Assembly: GCF_006345805.1 (NCBI RefSeq)
Contig: NC_043009.1
Location: forward strand, 69,006,001-69,070,000
Direction of reading: 5' to 3'
Source: Octopus sinensis
Lineage: Eukaryota
Length of the DNA: 64,000 bases
In this document: positions 1 to 10,220 of the stretch, one piece after another
Layout: the number at the start of each line of letters is the position of its first letter
How positions within the stretch are numbered: the stretch's first letter is position 1
Position numbers and translations under genes: made by a program
The notes under the pieces: generated by a model
The model's input: the letters and a program-made list of their open reading frames with translations, nothing else
Told to the model about the DNA's origin: nothing
Database searches by the model: none

Positions 1-312
1 CTAAGAAAAATATGTATATGGAATATATTGTTTATTGAAGCCTCCAAGAATGGTTATATTGTCGCCCTTGGCACAAGTTTTATTTCCTAGGGTTTTTTGT
101 TTGTTTGTTTACTCTTCTGGTTTTTTTTCTTTTTCGTTATGAAGAGTGAAAAGAGTGTTGTCTTGGATAAGTGAGTTTCATTGTTCCATATTGCTCCATA
201 TCATTCCATTATTGTTCTTAGTTATCTGGGAATATTTATAGAGGTGGAGAGAGGAGAGGAGAGGGGTTGAGTTACTAATGTGAATGACTTTTGTTATGAC
301 ACATACATACAA

Positions 313-483
313 AAGACATCATAAACAAGAACGGAGAACTGTACATCGTTGAGAACTTGTTTAGTGAAATATTGTATGCAATGCATTCACATTAAATCTT
401 TTAATGTGGATCTATTGCATATAATACTGTAATAAACAAATTTTGAAGGATTTACGATTCTCCGTCCTTGTTTATAATATCTT
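313..483. repeat. Long imperfect palindrome (fold-back element), ~84-bp arms with a ~3-nt loop
   Basis: Left arm AAGACATCATAAACAAGAACGGAGAA...TTCACATTAAA (313-396) aligns without gaps to the reverse complement of TTTAATGTGG...TTCTCCGTCCTTGTTTATAATATCTT (400-483); about 80% identity by eye. Confidence 0.85.
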
Positions 484-602
484 CAATATGCAGTTGCATT
501 CTGTCATTCAATGTGGTGAGTCAGAACCTGGATTATATCAGAGTATTTGTAAGGTACCTGCTCAGAATCAAAATCTCTAGATATACATAAATCATCATTT
601 AA

Positions 603-823
603 CCCTTTTGTTACCATATTTCTGTTGAGACGTTCTGTGTTTCTTTCAATTATGTTAAATATGACAAAGAATTTAGTAAAATAACTTAGTTATCATTCAG
701 GTAGTGTTAGGAAAATAAATTGTGACTAAGGTTTGGTGGAAGATTTTTATTCAAAACTTATGAAAACAAGACATTTGTATTACAGAGCCAGAGCTGGTTT
801 CAGCCGGGTTGGTAACGAAAGGG
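603..823. mobile_element. piggyBac-type MITE
   Basis: TTAA on both sides (599-602, 824-827); TIRs CCCTTTTGTTACCA / TGGTAACGAAAGGG; CCC...GGG termini plus a TTAA TSD are the piggyBac signature. Confidence 0.8.
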
Positions 824-923
824 TTAATGTCTTCTTTACACGTTAGCATGGGTTGTCTGCTTTGGTTAGATGCCCTTCCTAATGCCATGCCCTTCACATG
901 TATAAATATGTGCATTCATGTGT

Positions 924-1007
<84 letters not shown>

Positions 1008-1500
1008 CATCATCATTTAATGCCTACTTTTCCATGTTTCCAAGGGCTGAATGTAATTCATTGAGGAAGATTTTCTGTGTCCGGTGCTCTTCTGATCTCT
1101 TATCTGCTTCTAAGCCAGGTAATATTTTCAGTCCCAAGACTGAACCCAAGCATGTCACCTTGGACAAGTGTCATCAGCTATAGTCCCTGGCTGCCCAGAG
1201 CCTTGTGAGTAGATTTCATCTGTCTGCGGCCACACACTACGCAGAGATTTATGTATACCCACCAGCAAATACGAGTATATTTTACATTGTTGCTCACCCA
1301 TATAATGGAATACAGATAAAGACTAATAGCAGGGTTTGAATTGGATTTGATACTTACATATCTACAGTATCTTACCAACATGTGATACTTTCATTGTTGT
1401 TTGTCTCACTGTACCTAACCATTTCTGGCATCCTACATATTCATCTGCCTAGCTTCTATTGAATATTTATAATTAATACACACACACACACACACACACA

Positions 1501-1604
1501 CTTGCTTTGGCACTACATATGCTTCAGTTGGAATGATACAGTGAAGATTAGGATGACGTTGCATGCGAGGATGACCTGCAAATTTGTGAAATATTCCATA
1601 TTTT
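1501..1604 (+). pseudogene. U6 snRNA pseudogene (degenerate retrocopy)
   Basis: CTTGCTTTGGCACTACATATGCTTCAGTTGGAATGATACAGTGAAGATTAGGATGA...GAGGATGACCTGCAAATTTGTGAAATATTCCATATTTT is collinear with canonical U6 over nearly its full length. The ACAGAGA box reads ACAGTGA and the AGC triad reads AGG. A (CA)n tract sits where the promoter should be. Confidence 0.88.
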
Positions 1605-1984
1605 ACATTTTAACCCATTTGTGCCAAAATTTTTCTAGTGAATGAAATTGCCTGAAAATTCATAGATTCTATTATTTTGATCTAAATAACAGCTGGAAAG
1701 AAATTTCATTGAAACCCATTTGATACAGACTGCATACGCGTTAAGGGCATGTTTCATTCTTTGATACAGATCACACACAAATCACAATTTATATCAAGTA
1801 TTTGTTTTATACCCTTATAAGTTAAGGGTCAGGTTGAGCAGAGTCATGGCTGTGTGCTTTGGGGCAAGTGTCTTTTACGATAGCCCCAGGTCAACCAATG
1901 GCTTCTGAATGAATTTGGTGAGTGGAAACTGTGGCAGGCTGTTGTGTGTGTGTGTGGGGGGGGGGTGCTTTCAGTTCTCTGCAA

Positions 1985-2385
1985 TCACGTCCTTCACTCT
2001 GTTCCATTCTCGAATGATTTCCTTCCAAATATACTCCCACCAATGATATTCCTAGCAAACATCTTTCCATGGCCCTTTCTGTCGTAGCCAATCAATGTTC
2101 TTCCCTCTTCGTAGCAGCCCATGTCTCACTTTTGCACAAGAGCACATCTAGTATGATGATGCTGTTGAAGAGTCTGGTGTGCAGGGTGTTGTCTAGCTTT
2201 ATTTTGAGTGCATCTTTTATTGAGTTAAATGCCTTCCATCTTACCCTTATTCTCTTTGAGACTTCAACATCCCTATACCAACACATACCCACTGAGTGCC
2301 CTAAAGAGATGGACTCCTTTACCCCTTCCATTTCATTGATACCCACCTCTGTTTGGCCTTGTGCTGCCTTCCAGCCACATATCAT
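1985..2385 (-). mobile_element. RTE-clade LINE fragment (C-terminal part of the RT region, with stops)
   Basis: Minus-strand translation VKESISLGH...EVSKRIRVRWKAFNSIKDALK...RLFNS...LLCKSETWAATKREEH*LATTERAMERCLLGISL matches the RTE pattern V.EY.YLG..EI.RRI..GW.AF....LFNS...LLYG.ETW..TK....R.MER.MLGISL. Confidence 0.8.
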
Positions 2386-2389
2386 TTGT

Positions 2390-2602
2390 GTATATCTGTC
2401 TGTCTATCTATCTTTCTATCTGTCTATCTATATGATATCTATCTATCTATCTATCTGTCTATCTATATGATATCTATCTATCTATCTATCTGTCTATCTA
2501 TCTATCTATATGATATCTATCTATATATCTATCTGATATCTATCTATCTACCTATCTATCTATATGATATCTGTCTGTCTGTCTGTCTATCTATCTATAT
2601 GA

Positions 2603-2643
<41 letters not shown>

Positions 2644-2670
2644 GATATCTATCTATATCCCTACCTATCT
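2390..2670. repeat. (TCTA)n/(GATA)n microsatellite with periodic TGATA interruptions
   Basis: Direct reading: TATC/TGTC tetramers punctuated repeatedly by ATGATATC; followed by (AC)n. Confidence 0.95.
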
Positions 2671-3731
2671 ACACACACACACACACACAAATATGAACTA
2701 TCCTATCCATACCAGCATAGAAAATGGGTATTAAATGATGATGATATATACGTACAGACACACACACATACACACCACAAACATGCGTAACAGTGGTGGA
2801 GGAAAAGTAGAAAAGAGCTTTCCGAGCTTTCTTAGTCCCCCTCTCAGCGTCGGTCGGTCGGTCGGTTGGCTGGCTGGCCGGTTGGTTTAGTTGGCTGCCT
2901 GGTTGATCCATCAGATCAAAAAGAAATGGTCAATAACAGATCAATCGGGCAATCAATATAGAAATAAAGCAAAATAAACGAATAAAGAAATAAGGCCGTG
3001 TGTTAACATAATTGCTTTTAATTAGGCTTGAATTTCATATGCTAGAAGTGTTGAGTTGAGTAACTTGCCCAGGGAGTTGGGAGGCCAGCATAACATCTGC
3101 AGAGGAAAATGGAAATGTTGCCAAAATGTTATTTTGGTACAATATCTGCTTGTAATTCATAATACAAGCTAATGAAACCCCACCAAAAGCCAGGAATTTG
3201 GTGGCACTTCCTCTTCTAACTTGTTTAACTGCCAGCTCAGATGAAGCAGACCTATCATCAAAGGCATTCTATCAAAGAAGATATTTAAATAAAAAAATTT
3301 TTTAGTTTTTGCACATATAGTGTTCCTTGGTTTGCATTAAAAATTTGATTTGAGGGTGATTTAGCTTCTATTTTTAGCAGGTTGAGAGACTGCGTAAAAG
3401 CTCTTGTTAGCTCATTCTCTGGTTAGTCACTACGATGAGTGAAGACTCAGCATGGCCCAGAATGCGACAAGGCTAGCCCCTTTGAAATACGGGTACAACT
3501 CGTTTTTAGCAGCTGAGTGGACTGGAGTGACATGAAATAAAGTGTCTTGTTCAAGGACACAACCCACTGCTGGGAATTGAACTCCTGATATTACAATCAC
3601 GAACTGAACACCCTAACTATTAAGCCACACTGTTTATTAAATGGCTGAATGAATTCATTTAGGGATTTATTCTGCCCCCTTTGGAAATACAAACACCACT
3701 AGTTAATCATGATGGTATTCACAAATACAAA

Positions 3732-3966
3732 AATAAAGGCGGCGAGGAGCTGGCAGAATCGTTAGCACACGGGCGAAATGCTTAGCGGTATTTCGTCTGC
3801 CGCTACGTTCTGAGTTCAAATTCCGCCAAGGTCGACTTTGCCTTTCATCCTTTCGGGGTCAATGAAATAAGTACCAGTTACGCACTGGGGTCGATATAAT
3901 AGACTTAATCCATTTGTCCTTGTTTGTCCTCTCTGTGTTTAGCCCCTTGTGGGTAGTAAAGAAATA
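3732..3966 (+). mobile_element. tRNA-derived SINE, family B (GAGCTGGCAGAATCGTTAGC...GAGTTCAAATTCCGCC...GTAGTAAAGAAATA), full length
   Basis: A-box and B-box-like motifs; 18-bp TSD GGTATTCACAAATACAAA (3714-3731 and 3967-3984); many further copies in the window. Confidence 0.9.
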
Positions 3967-4212
3967 GGTATTCACAAATACAAACTTATACCATGGGCTT
4001 CCACAGCATTGATTGTCTTAAGGCTGTGGTGGAGGAAACTTGCCCAAGGTGCTGTGCAGTGGATCAACATGAAATAAAGTTTCTTGCTCAAGAGCACAAT
4101 GCTTTGTGAGATATAGAACTCAGGAGCTGAATACACTAACCATTTAACCATTTGCCTTTGTACTTGGTATAAAGTTCATTTAAATGGCAGGGACGGAGTA
4201 TGTTCGTTATAT

Positions 4213-4507
4213 TGTTTGTTCCTTCTCGAACCATGCCTGGCTCATAAAGGCCGGTTTCCTTGGCGTATAGGTTCCCCACCTGGACGGGACGCCGGTCCAT
4301 CGCAGGTGAGCTGCAAGATGCAGGAGGAAAGAGTGAGAGAAAGTTGTGGCGAAAGAGTCAGCAGAAGCTCACCATTACCTTCTGCCAGAGCCACGTGGAG
4401 CTTAGGTGTTTCGCTCATAAACACACACATTGCCCGGTCTGAGATTCGAACCCGCGATCCCTCGACCATGAGTCCGCTGCTCTAACCACTAGGCCATGTG
4501 CCTCCAC
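4213..4507 (-). mobile_element. tRNA-derived SINE, family C (possibly an Octopus OR-type SINE), full length
   Basis: Minus strand starts GTGGAGGCACATGGCCTAGTGGTTAGAGC (A box) with GGGTTCGAATC (B box); 13-bp TSD ATGTTC(G/A)TTATAT (4200-4212, 4508-4520); near-identical copy at 14691-14989. Confidence 0.9.
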
Positions 4508-5127
4508 ATGTTCATTATATATTACGTCAATATTTACCCAATGTTGACTTAGGTTTAAAGAAAACAATATCAACAACAACATCCACAGCCATTTAATACA
4601 ATACCTGACCATTTCCATCCACTTTACTTTCTTTAAAGTTAAAATAAATCAATGAAATGCACAAACCTTTCAGTTTTGTCCATTAATCACTGCTCACAAT
4701 TGGAGCATTGATGTTGTTGTTGTTTGTGCTGTTGTTGTTATTAATGTTATTGTTGTTGGTGGTGGTGGTGTTGGTGTTGATGTTGTAGTTTTTGTTGTCT
4801 AGCTACCAAGTTAACCTTAACTGAGCAAGCCTATGATCAGAAACATTCCAGTTGTGACCATCCAAGATTTTTTCATACATCTTGGTCTCTATTGCTCAGT
4901 GAATCCTTCATTTAAAATGATTCTGGTGGAGTGGGATTTAAGGACGATTTGGCTGCTCTTTCTAACAATTGTATGCTTGGAGGCTCCCTCGTTAGTCATT
5001 GAAATCCCTTCTGTGGGCAGTATTCAACTATTTCTTTACTTTGTCACAGAACCCATACAAGGCACATTGGACAACATACTCCTAGGTACATAAAAAGATG
5101 GGTTGGCCACAGGTGGAATATCCCCAA

Positions 5128-5470
5128 TCTCATGGTTCTGGGTTCAGTCTTACTGCATGGCATCTTGGGCAAGTGTCTTCTACTATAGCCTTGGGCTGAC
5201 CAAAGCCTTGCAAGTGGACTCAGTAGATGGAAACTGAAAGAAGCCCATCATGTGTGTGTGTATGTGTCCCTCACCACTATTTGACGACCAGTGTTGGTGT
5301 GTTTATGTCCCTGTAACTTAGCAGTTTGGCAAAAGAGACCAGTGGAATATGTAACAGGCTTAAAAAATAATTAGTACTCGGGTCAATCTGTCCTACTAAA
5401 ATTCTTCAAAGCATTGCTCCAGCATGGGCTTAGTCTAATGATGGAAACAAGTAAAAGAGAAAAGATGAAA
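5128..5470 (+). mobile_element. SINE family A (GGTTCAGTCCCACTG...CTTGGGCAAGTGTC...internal (TG)n...CCAGCATGG...GAAACAAGTAAAAGA), 5'-truncated
   Basis: Matches more than ten other copies in the window; B-box-like GGTTCAGTC; internal microsatellite; AAAAGA-type tail. Confidence 0.85.
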
Positions 5471-5720
5471 GAATCGAGACTGACTGCGGGGTTAAACAGA
5501 ATCAATAATGATAAAAACATTTGTGTTATTGGAAATGGGGGGAGGGGTGGGGGAGAAGAGTTTCCAAAGAATTATTTTCCAATAAATTGTGTCTGGGAAC
5601 AAAACATTTAACACTGAAGTCGCATGGTCCAACTAGCAATTCGGTAACAATGGTTCGGAACGACTCACTCACCACAGTAAGCATCATCGATAGCATCCCA
5701 CCTTCCTCTTTCTTCTGACA

Positions 5721-5822
5721 ATGGATGAGGACTTTGTGTGGAGTTCGACTCCTGAGAACATAGAACTTAATGAAGGACAGCTTCCATCTCATGCGAAGAA
5801 CAGCTTCCACAAAACTGACTCG
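5721..5822 (+). CDS. Candidate first coding exon of an unidentified gene (MDEDFVWSSTPENIELNEGQLPSHAKNSFHKTDS)
   Basis: Non-repetitive island; in-frame upstream TAG at 5691; ATG in a good context (ACAATGG); 34 open codons ending at a phase-0 donor TCG|GTAAGA. No homology recognised. Confidence 0.35.
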
Positions 5823-6044
5823 GTAAGAGTTTTAATTTAAGGAAAATTCCTTCTTCCATGCTGTGTGCTGGTGCCACATGAAAAGCACTCATGCTGGTGC
5901 TACATGAAAAAAATCGACCCATACCAATTTTTAAGCTTGGTATGTATTGTATCAGTCATTTTTGCTGAATCACTAAGTTACGGAGATGTAAACCAGCCAA
6001 CAGCAGTTGAGAAGCAGTGAGGTGACAGACATTGATATATACAT

Positions 6045-6127
<83 letters not shown>

Positions 6128-6164
6128 CACATATATATATATATTCATGTAGTTGAATATATGT

Positions 6165-6545
6165 CCAATTTTAGGGAAGTGGGCTATTTGATTATATCGA
6201 CCTCAGTATGCAGCTGGTACTTATTTTTTCAACCCCAAAAAGGATGAAAGGCGAAAGTTGACCTTGGCAGAATTTGAACTCAGAACCATGGAGCATTTTG
6301 CCTGGCATGCTAATGAGTCTGCCAGCTCAATGTCTTAAACCTGCAACTTATATTAAAATTATAAATGGTGGCATGCTGGCAGAACTATCAGCGTGCTGGA
6401 TGAAATGCTTGACGGCATTTCGTCCATCTTTACGATCTCAGTTCAAATTCCACCGAGGCCTTTGCCTTTCATTCTTGTGGGGTTGATGTAATTGATTTAC
6501 CCCCTGCCCTGAAATAACTGGCCTTGTGCCAAAATTTGAAACCAA
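6165..6545. mobile_element. Two family-B SINE copies arranged head-to-head (~6165-6338 minus, ~6366-6545 plus)
   Basis: GAATTTGAACTCAGAA...TCTGCCAGCTC in the first copy is the reverse complement of GCTGGCAGAA...CAGTTCAAATTC in the second. Confidence 0.75.
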
Positions 6546-7102
6546 TATAACAATTACGAATATAGAATCGAGCAAAAACCACTCAAAACTACATTTGCAT
6601 ATAATTAACCTATTTACCATTGTGTGTAGAGGAACCCTGGTGACCTTTCAGAGAACCCTACGGTTCTCAGGGAAACCTCGTTTGAGAGACACTGACCTAG
6701 CAGCTTCCAATGAGGAAGCTTTGATCTCTCACAATTGAATGAACCAGTGACAGGCAAAGGCAAAAAAATGTGTGCCAAGACATATTGTTTAACATTCAGT
6801 GATATCAGTGCAGCAACACACATAAACGTTCTTCCATATTAGCCGCCATCACTGCACGTTCGCATCTGTATTTGTTACAAATAACATTATTTGCTTACTT
6901 CCTCCAGCAATACTAAATCATATTAAGTTATTGTATCACAAAATATTTTGCTTAAATTATTCTTATATATTTTTATTGATTCATCACCAGGAATAAAATC
7001 TGTTGATTAAAAAAAACAACAAAAACAATCCTAAATCTTGAGATATTTTACAGGTTTCTGTGTATCTTTTACACTAACCTTTTATCAGATATTGCATATT
7101 AG

Positions 7103-7142
<40 letters not shown>

Positions 7143-7923
7143 CTTTCTATCTCTCTGTTTCCGTTCTTTTCTCTTTTACTTTCTGACCCTCTCTCTCTCC
7201 TCATTCACAGTTCTGTTCATTTCTCTCTCTCTCTCTCTCTCTCCTTCTTTTCTCTTTCATACACATTTATATGGCTTCCATTGAGTATTATGTAAAGTTC
7301 TTGAAGTAAGCTAATAAACCAGAACATATTGAAAATCTAATCTTACATTTACTCTAATTTTGTTTTGAAGGGGGAAAAAACCTATTTTTTTCATATTCTT
7401 CTTCACTCAAACAAATCCATTTATTTTTATACTTTCATATATTTATATACAGTTTTTTAAAAAAGCCCATTTTTCTTCTTGATGTTGTTATTATTGAAGC
7501 AGACATCATGGTGCATTACAATATTCTGTTGATTTGTTCATAATTTAATTTTAATTCTTACAAAATACAACTTCACTCACAACCTGGACTCTTTAGTTCT
7601 CTTGAGGAAATCCATTTTTTAAAATCATGTCCTGCCAGAGGCGTCGGATTGGCTCTTTATAAAAAGAAAGAATGGAGTGAGCATAATTGAAAACAAATCG
7701 TTATTGTTGATTAACCCTAGGGCAACCCTGTTTGATTAGACCAATGATCAAAGACATTCCAGCTTTAACCATTCAAACATTTTGTTTGTACAGGAATACA
7801 CTGTCTAATGTGTCCTTCATTTTTTAATATGGTTGGATGAGATTTAAGGGATTTATCTGCTATTTCTAACAAGTCAGCTGACCATAGAGGGGCTGTGTTG
7901 TTGTTATCTTCATTTGCACAAAG

Positions 7924-8092
7924 AACATCAAGCAATGAGAGTTCTCCCACTGGTACCCATCTGGGCCAAACTGCACCCTTCTTACCAGGTGACACCCGTC
8001 TTGGTCAGGGTTTCTCGTACAGCCCTTTGTCAGGTCTTCACTGGTTCACCTCCTCTTCTCCTTCCTCCTTTAACTTGCCAGTCTCTCCAATG
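7924..8092 (+). CDS. Candidate internal exon, Ser/Pro-rich (TSSNESSPTGTHLGQTAPFLPGDTRLGQGFSYSPLSGLHWFTSSSPSSFNLPVSPM)
   Basis: Unique sequence between two repeats; open frame ending at donor ATG|GTAAGC (8093); possible acceptors at 7923 (AAG) or 7988 (CCCTTCTTACCAG). Confidence 0.25.
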
Positions 8093-8119
8093 GTAAGCTT
8101 CTACATTAAAATTCCAAGT

Positions 8120-8710
8120 CATCATCATTAACGTTTAACGTCCGCTTTCCATGCTAGCATGGGTTGGATGTTTTGACTGAGGACTGGCGAACCAGATGGC
8201 TGCACCAGACTCCAATCTGATCTGGCAGAGTTTCTACAGCTGGATGCCCTTCCTAATGCCAACCACTCCGAGAGTGTAGTGGGTGCTTTTACGTGCCACC
8301 AGCATGAGGGCCAGTCAGGCAATACTGGTAATGGCTACGTTCAAATGGTGTTTTTTACGTGCCACCTGCACAGGAGCCAGTCCAGCGGCACTGGCAACGA
8401 CCTTGCTTGAATGTTTTTTCATGTGCCAGTAAGGCAACGCTGGTAACGATAACGCTCGAATGGTGCTTTTTACGTGCTACTGACACAGAAGCCAGTTTGC
8501 TGCTCTGGCAACGATCACACTCGGATGGTGCTCTTAGTGCTCCACTAGCACGGATACCAGTCATTGAATTTGACTTCAATTTCGAATTCACTTGCCTCAA
8601 CAGGTCTTCGCAAGCAGAGTTTAGTGTCCAATGAAGGAAATGTATGCATAAGTGGGTTGGTTACACCCCTGGCATAGGCCACGAGGTTATGGTCTCACTT
8701 GGCTTGCCGG
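8120..8710 (-). mobile_element. Retroposon family D ((TGA)n tail, GGAAGGGCATCCAGCTGTAGAAAC core), long copy with internal sub-repeats
   Basis: Plus strand CATCATCAT...TTTCCATGCTAGCATGGGTTGGA...CAGCTGGATGCCCTTCCTAATGCCAACCAC; shorter copies near 8745, 9672, 21072, 27770, 34581, 42960 and 50801. Confidence 0.8.
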
Positions 8711-10028
8711 TGGAAATGGTGAAGTCAAAGTTTTGTTGTTTTGTCATCATCATCATTTAGCATCCATTTTGGTTGCTGGCAGAAGCTGGACAGTTTGAAG
8801 GAACTGGTAAGCCCGAGATCCACATCAGGTTCCTGTTGACTACTCTGGCAAGGTTTCTATCGTTAGACGCCCTTCCTAATGCCAACCACTATACAGAGTG
8901 TCGTAGGTGCTTTTTTCGTGGCACCAGCATGGATGCTTTTTACATGGCACCAACATGGGTGCTTTGTACATAGCCCCATGATGTATATATTTTGCAGTCT
9001 CTCATTACTGAACTGAACTGATAAATGTGTTGAATTTTGCTCTTAAGTTCTATGCTGTTAAAATAAAAAGAAAACAAATGATAAAACAAATGGAAATGTT
9101 CCACCAGAATCTACAAAGGATTGAACCCTTCACCTCTACTCTTTCCCCTAGATATCCAGAATTGATTCAACCAGCTGCAAGTCCTTTTAGATCTTAAGTT
9201 CATTCAATCAGTCGTTGATTTTACTAATTATATTCTTAGGCACCAACAATTACTTAAACCAATTCCTCTCCATCTTCTGGATCCTAAGACTTCGTTCAAC
9301 CAACTCTACTCTTTCCCTCTACAATTATTAGCTTTGGTTTTTGGATAAAATGGATCTTTAAGTTGCTCAGAGGTACAAGAGAAGGAAGCTGGGAGTAATT
9401 GTATATGCATTATTCTTAGAATTGCCATTGTTTAACCCCGAGACCATTTCTGATTTAAGACAGTCCATTTGTGAACATTTCATTTATTCAGACATAATGA
9501 ATTTGGAAGAACCACATTGTTTGATGTTTCTTTTCCCTTTTGAATGGATATGATTTGGTAGTGGTTTGGCTGCTGTTTCTAGCCGGTCAAGTAAATACAT
9601 TTAGGTTCCCTCTAGAGTTTTAAGCCATTGTGTTAATCTGTCTTAGAATGTTTAAATGCAGGTTTCCTTCTCATCATCATCATTTAACATCTGTTTACTA
9701 TGTTGGCATGAGTTGGATGGTTTGACAGGAGCCTGGCTTGGTTTCTATGGCTACATGCCCTTTGTAACACCAACCACGTTACAAAGTGTACTGAATGCTT
9801 TTTACGTGGCGCCAGCATAAAATAGTGAATCACTAGCTTCTCGTGAGTCTGGTTCAAAATATCCATCTGTAACCATTCCACTTCATCTACATTGCTTTAT
9901 ACTCTCAAGGTGTGAATAATATCCAATAATAATTCTTTCAATTGACACTTAAATATGTTCTGAACGAATGAAAGTTTTTCTACATTGTCACGCGTATTGT
10001 TCATGTTAGGATGGGAAAATTTGCTTAA

Positions 10029-10220
10029 CCCTTTAGTATTTGAACCAACCAATTCAGTTGTAATTACTCTGCCTGTTTTATGTGTATATTGGCCACATTC
10101 AGCTTCTCACACCTAGCCTACAATGTCATTCGAAATCTCATCAAAATCTCAAAGGTATGAAATAATGCATGATTAATTCAAACGAGCATTACAGTTGACA
10201 GTAATCTGAATGCCAATGGG
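10029..10220. mobile_element. Degenerate piggyBac-type MITE (second family)
   Basis: TTAA-CCCTTTAGTATT ... AATGCCAATGGG-TTAT; a related truncated copy lies at ~29971-30167. Confidence 0.6.

Noticed and set aside
328-345. Partial match to miR-184 (ACGGAGAACTG) inside a hairpin
   Set aside because: Only 10-11 nt match and the rest of the mature sequence differs; the hairpin is far longer than a pre-miRNA.
1610-1744. Possible third piggyBac-type MITE (TTAACCCATTTGTGCC...GCATACGCGTTAA)
   Set aside because: Right TIR is too degenerate to support.
4430-4507. tRNA-like sequences here and at ~14915-14989 and ~36016-36090
   Set aside because: They are SINE heads followed by SINE bodies (TSDs seen for two copies); no proper acceptor stem.
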